From Eledone cirrhosa (Eukaryota), in NCBI GenBank assembly GCA_964016885.1, contig OZ024756.1, positions 5,952,001 through 6,016,000 of the forward strand: a stretch of DNA of 64,000 nucleotides, in the 5' to 3' direction. Shown here in pieces: positions 56,590-64,000 of the stretch (within the stretch, counting starts at the first letter, position 1; every line of letters starts with the position of its first letter). Position numbers and translations under genes: made by a program. The notes under the pieces are model-generated. The model did not search any database and was not told the origin of the DNA. It was given only the letters and a program-made list of their open reading frames with translations.

Positions 56590-58010
56590 CACACAGTGAA
56601 GTCCATTTAGAGGTTTGGTCTAGCTCCCAATGCCAAAGCCTGGTGCTAGTCCTCCATGACATGCCATATCACTGCATAACTTTCGCGCCTTTGTTCCAAG
56701 GAGTAGAATTTTTGTTCTTTTAGCCTCTCCTAGTAGTTCATCTCCTTCACCGTGGTATTCCTCTTGGTGTAGCTTTGTTGGATTGCTTCAAACTCCGTGG
56801 TAGGTTTGATACTACGGGGTGACCACATTTGGAAGCAATAGTCCAGTCGGCTTTGAATAAATGTCCTCATTAGTACCAACATGGTTTCTTCGTCTCTTGT
56901 CTTGAAAGTACCTGAGATCCAGCCAGCGAATCGTCTGCCCATTGTGTGAATAAAATGATGCATCGTCGCTCATGTCTATACCCAGGTCTCGTTTCAAATT
57001 CGAAAAGGGGATTTCGATCCCTCCTCGTTCTGTGTAACTTTGTTGTATTTTCATTGTGTTAGGGGGTTTTCATTTTCCAGCATTAAATTGCATGTTGTTG
57101 TCCTCAGCCCATTTGTATATGCCATCCAGATCTCGTTGCAAAACAGTAACATCAACTGGGTGCTTGATTGCCTGTTGTCATCAGCATAGCTAGAGGGCAT
57201 GTCTGAGAGAGTCACTAAAAACAGTAGTGGTCCCAAGACCGTTTGCAATTGAGTTTTCCTTTAAGAAACTGCAACAGTCTGGCTTCCGTCATTAAAGAAA
57301 TCATGCAATTACTCACCTACATTTCTAGTTATGCCGAATCTGTGTAGTTTGTGATATATCATTCCATGGTGGACCTTGTTGAAGGCCTTCGCAATGTCAG
57401 GATATATCACGTCCACATGTGATCTGTCCATCAGTTATTTCAGTACCCAGTCATGGTGCTGTAAAATCTGTGTAAGGTAACTTCTTCCTGTGCGAACGCC
57501 ATGCTGGTGATAGTTAGGACGTCATCTTCCTCGAGATTCGTTTCATGTCTTTATTGATATGTGAGTTCGGGTAGACCGGCCTGTAGATAGGACACATTAT
57601 GCCTTCTTTTTGCTCTCTGGGCTAAGAGGATCTTCAGTGCTCTTGCTAAGGCACGCTTGCATGTTTTAGGAGGATTGCTGGGAATCCATCAGGTCCAGCA
57701 GCTGAGTTTTCTCTCATTTCTTCTATGACTGATATTACATCTTCCTCCGTTATATATATGTGGTTGATGGTCGCCATTTCTTCGTGGAGTGCTGTGACAT
57801 CTAAGATATCCCCTGGCTTTGTTATTTGCATGTATCTCAATGGGGATGTGAAAGCACATTTGTACACTTCATTCAGTATCTCAGTAATCTGTTGAAGATC
57901 TTCGGTCAATGAGACATTTTTATGGATAATTGACCCAATCTTATCGAGGCAGTCTATTTTGCAAATTTAAAGAAGGCCTTAGGGTCTGTTTTCATAGTTT
58001 CAATGGCCCT

Positions 58011-58090
<80 letters not shown>

Positions 58091-59970
58091 CTCTCTCCTT
58101 CTCATGGGAATGTTTGAGTGCAGTTTCAATTCCAAGCAGTGCCTGTTTCAGATAGGGTTCCTTCTTATTATTCTGGTGTGCATTTAAAAGGTTTGATAAA
58201 TGTTTCTTCGTTTCATTAACATTTTCCTGTCTCTTGGAATAAAAAAAATTCTGTGTGTTGGCTTTTTTCACCAGGTCAAACCTACGCCATTTTATTTCTA
58301 TTGTTGTCATGAAATGTTGAAATTGCGCGTTAGTGTCTTCTGTGGTGATTTTGGCGTTCCAGATTTGTTCCAGGATCTCTTCTTGGATCCGTTTCTAGTC
58401 AGGCTTGTGAAAGTTTAAGCTGGATAGATTACCGATGCTTCATAATGGTTGCGTCTCTACTGACTCTCTCGTACCATATATCTTTAGTTCTACTCTGTTA
58501 TGATCCAAGAAAAATCGATCCTGTAACCTTTACATTGTAGATGAGCACTGCATATTGTGTAAAGCAGAGATCGAGGTCATTCAGGCCTTTTGTTGCGTGG
58601 AGCACTACTTGTTCCATGAACAGCCTGTGTGTAAGGGCCAGCAGGGGTGCTGTCTCTGTTTGAGTGCTATCATTCCTGGGGGAGGTGGCTCTCAGGCCAT
58701 TTGACCTTGGGTACGTTAAAGACTCCCAGCAGCAGTAATTTGAGACTCTGATCCAGTTTGCCGAAGAGTTTCTGAGGCAATTTACATACTTACGTTCATG
58801 ACTAGGAACGTCTGGTAGCTGATATGTGACACAAATTACGATTTTGAGTTGCTTTACGTGTACTATCAGTGTGTAACAGACTTAGTTGGAATGTGTCAAC
58901 AGTACAATGGGTGTGACATCTTCACGGATGTACAAGGCAACTGCACAATGAGTTATGTCCTTCCTATCCAAACGAAATACAGTATACTTTGGTATATGTA
59001 TTTCCACATCTGCTATACTCCTTGTCAGGGGCGTTTCAGTTAATGCCATGCATATTACTTGATTGCTTATGGGTAAGTCTCTCAATTAGAGAATTTTACA
59101 CCAGACCTCTGACATTCAACAGTAGCACTGGTGTGACATTTGGGATATCAACACTAACTGTCGATATGGCACCTGGGTTGGTGTCAGCGGTGGCCACTCT
59201 CGGTACATAGATTGTGGTGGTCTTGAGTGCTGGTGTGAGGGAACTTGTCTCTGAAAACGATGTATCCAGGTCAGTTGCACCACAATCCACTCCACCATTT
59301 CCCCGCAAAAAAAAAAGACTGCTGCTCTGCTGCCGCAGTCTGTAGCTGCGAGTTTAGCTTCGAGTGTAGCTTCGAGTGTAGCTTCGAGTGCAGCTTCGAG
59401 TGCAGCTTCGAGTGCAGCTTCGAGTGCGGGCTTCGAGTGCAGCTTCGAGTGCAGCTTCGAGTGCAGCTTCGAGTGTAGCTTCGAGCGAGTGAAGCTTCGA
59501 GTGTAACTTCGAGTGCAACTTCGAGTGTAGCTTATACATATGCATATTGTCTCCTCATTGGGGCAACACACGCATTGTTGGGGGCAACACACGCATTGTT
59601 GGGGCAACACACGCATTGTTGGGGCAACACACGCATACTAACGGGGTATCGACCCCATGTGCTGTGTTGTGTGTTTGTATTGGTTTTGGCTGCGTTATTT
59701 TGGAGGATCAGGTTGGGCGTGGCTCACCTTGGGCCTGGGGTGAGTGAACCTGCAGCCTTTCTCTGCTTCTCCATGGGAGCAGGTCTCCTTTCTGAAGAAC
59801 TTATAGGTTACCTGGATTTCTATTTCCCAGGGTCTCGGAGAATTTGTTTCGTTCTTCCATTGGACAGTTGTCCAATAGTTACTTTCTGCTTGGATTCAAT
59901 TCTTTGTCTGGTGGTTCCTTGTTCCATCTTTACCACTACTATAGACTTTCTGATGAAGTGTAACAAATAA
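56590..59970 (-). pseudogene. Decayed CR1-group LINE (ORF1 remnant, APE, RT)
   Basis: VLLLNVRGL, ALTET, IPKYTVFRLDR, AAGPDGFPAILLK, VDVIYPDIAKAFNKV, LGPLLFLV..YADD, RDLGI, SRLDYCFQMWSP. Confidence 0.85.
59355..59636. repeat. 12-bp (AGCTTCGAGTGY) and ~20-bp (GGGGCAACACACGCATTGTT) tandem repeats inside the CR1 5' region
   Basis: Direct reading. Confidence 0.9.
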
Positions 59971-60269
59971 TTAAGTATTGTATATGATTGAAGAATATAT
60001 ATTGTAGTCAGCATATGTAGACAATTTTAATAGGCACCAAACATATGTTAGATAATAAATTCATAATCTCATCACCATGACGTTTTAATGTTCTTGGTGC
60101 AATACTTGCTTATAATAATATACTTCATGATATCTTCTTAATCTATATACCATATAGAACTGCTTCATAGTTATGTTATTTGATTCAAGGGATGCCGCCG
60201 AGTGAAATTCTCTGGTAAGCAGCTTTCTTCTTTAAACATTCATCCCGGATATACGTAAAGAAAACATTA

Positions 60270-60372
60270 CCATATATTGTCAAAGTTCTCTTCTCTGACA
60301 TTCTGTGACCTCTTCAGTGACCAGGGATTATTTTCTTTGTTTTTGTGGCTCTCCTTTGTTCTGTCCTAAGCC
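60270..60372 (-). mobile_element. Decayed solo copy of the 34866 family including an HHR remnant
   Basis: Minus strand GUCA-CUGAAGA-GGUCAC..GAAC-UU-UGAC. Confidence 0.55.
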
Positions 60373-60472
60373 TTCTTGTTTTTGTGTGTATTGTGTGCTT
60401 AGTTGCGCATGTGTTAAATCTTGCTAAACAAATTTCTAAACATCTTGCTAAACGAATTCAGAAGGGAAACAT

Positions 60473-60547
<75 letters not shown>

Positions 60548-60550
<3 letters not shown>

Positions 60551-60662
60551 TTTTACTCTTTTACCTGTTTCAGCCATCCGGCTGAGGCCATGCTGGGGCA
60601 CCGCCCTTGTTGCTACACATTTTATCTCCAGCCTGTATAGGTTGGCCACTGGTGTAGGAGGG
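60548..60662. mobile_element. SINE-like fragment (sister at 56250-56360)
   Basis: CTTTTACTCTTT..CCTGTT..CATCCGG..GGGGCACCGC..TTGTTGCTACAC occurs twice. Confidence 0.55.
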
Positions 60663-60664
60663 AG

Positions 60665-61835
<1,171 letters not shown>

Positions 61836-62283
61836 GAAGACTTTAATTTGGATGAAATCTTTCTAGTTTTGTTAAAGATATTTCCATATCTATTATGATA
61901 TATAACGATATGCATATACAGATAACTTTCTTAGGCTCTGATGAAAGTACTGACACATATTTATTTATTTTTAATGTAGTAATATCGTTTTCTATTCGAT
62001 ATCTGAAATATCAATATGCATTCCTACTGTGCAGTATTTGAAACAACTTCTCAGCCATCAAAAATAGATGTATTCATAAATCTTTGTTGTTCTCTGCAGC
62101 ATTTTAAATATGGTTTTTTACTCTGCTTATCATTAGATTCTTAAAATATCTCTCTTTCCATCTAATAGCATGGCTCCCTAGTCTATCATATAGAATTGAG
62201 CATATTAACCTTCTCTCTACCAGATTGTAATATGTATAACTAATCGCTTTTGTCTTCACCAGGTTAGCTTCGTTGCGTTTTAC

Positions 62284-62980
<697 letters not shown>

Positions 62981-62998
62981 TAAAACGCAGGGAAGCTA

Positions 62999-63069
<71 letters not shown>

Positions 63070-63071
<2 letters not shown>

Positions 63072-63290
63072 CGCGTGTCGCTGAGTTGTTAGAGAATTAG
63101 AATTGGATTCGCAATCGTAAGGTTGTGAGTTCGATTCCTGGACGACCAGGTGATGCGTTATGTCCTTGAGCAAGACACTTTATTTCACGTTGCTCCTTCT
63201 ACCTGGAGTTGCGACCGATGGATTTTATTAGCGCTTGGAAAGACCAACGGAATCATTGTTCCGTCGGTCCGATTTGACGAAAGTCGATCG
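63070..63290 (+). mobile_element. Family B SINE
   Basis: B-box GAGTTCGATTCC and core TGTCCTTGAGCAAGACACTTTATTTCACGTTGCT. Confidence 0.75.
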
Positions 63291-63457
63291 TTCCTTTATA
63301 TATATGTGTGTGTGTATGTAAGGATATATATGTTTATATATATAAATATATATGTATATAATATGTATATATTTATGTATATACAAATAAAATACAAATA
63401 AAATATAGAGTTATCACCTGATATTGATACCCTGAAATTAACAAGCTCAAAGAATAA

Positions 63458-64000
63458 ATACTGAGCATTATAATATTAATAAGTGGATTGGCAGTATCGG
63501 TACAGGGCCGGGCGCCATGATTTGAAGCATACAGTTACCTCCCTTTATGATCTGATTTCAAATCCCGCCGAGGTAAACTTTGCCTTTCTTCCTTACGGGG
63601 TCGATAAAATAAAGTACCAGTAATACTATGGGATAATTGCTGGCCTTGTGCCTAAAGTACAAAAAATTATAATATTAATATGTGGAGAAGTAAACAGTAA
63701 ATTCTGCGTCTAGAATTAACAGGGTGAAATCTACCCTCGTAATTTTAGACGAAGAATTTACTGTGTTTACTTCTCCACATATTAATATTATAATTGTTTC
63801 TACGTTAGGCACAAGGCCAGCAATTACCCAGTGCATTACTGGTACTTTATTTTATCGACCCCGTAAGGATGAAAGGCAAAGTTAACCTCGGCGAAAATTG
63901 AACTCAGAAGGGCAAGGGCCGTAACTCTATACGTGAAAGCATGGCGTCCGACCCTCTCCCAATGCTGCCAATCCACCGCCCTTATTATAATGCTCAGTAT
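63458..64000. repeat. Large diverged palindrome (centre ~63729) whose arms each contain a family A SINE (63484-63665 +, 63793-63980 -)
   Basis: ATACTGAGCATTATAAT / ATTATAATGCTCAGTAT lies outside the SINEs, and the inner arms 63667-63795 are also symmetric. Confidence 0.8.

Noticed and set aside
59116-59616. 166-aa ORF with SKLH/ALEA repeats
   Set aside because: It is a product of the 12-bp and 20-bp tandem repeats inside the dead CR1.
61930-61960. CTGATGA motif as an HHR (similar partial motifs near 29765 and 35420)
   Set aside because: No convincing GAAA, stem II and stem I set could be assigned.

Overview
Eukaryotic, AT-rich, repeat-dominated DNA with no recognisable host gene. The SINE families and (TA)n density suggest a cephalopod (octopus-like) genome, which is an inference. 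Main observation: the near-perfect 469-bp tandem array at 1-7694 carries, in every unit, a canonical minimal type-I hammerhead ribozyme (HHR): AAUAUUG-CUGAUGA-GUUGU/ACAAC-GAAA-CUAG-UU^CAAUAUU. There are 16 copies in two head-to-head arms that switch strand at 5137, and the array ends on (TA)n. This looks like a retrozyme/circRNA-derived insertion rather than a plain satellite. The same geometry (5' ends meeting centrally, 3' ends usually on (TA)n, HHR in the arms) recurs in about 8 dispersed 180-430 bp palindromes from several unrelated families. Some of these have non-canonical cores (U3-A8, U3-A8 plus A13C, or a 105-nt stem II). Penelope-like RT and GIY-YIG relics lie nearby. The window also holds a full-length Tx1-type LINE in (TATC)n, a Dong/R4 RLE element between (TAA)n and (TGA)n, a deleted mariner, decayed CR1 and RTE LINEs, many tRNA-derived SINEs, and 77-, 34-, 28-, 17- and 12-bp minisatellites. 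All calls are by eye. No folding, alignment or database search was run.
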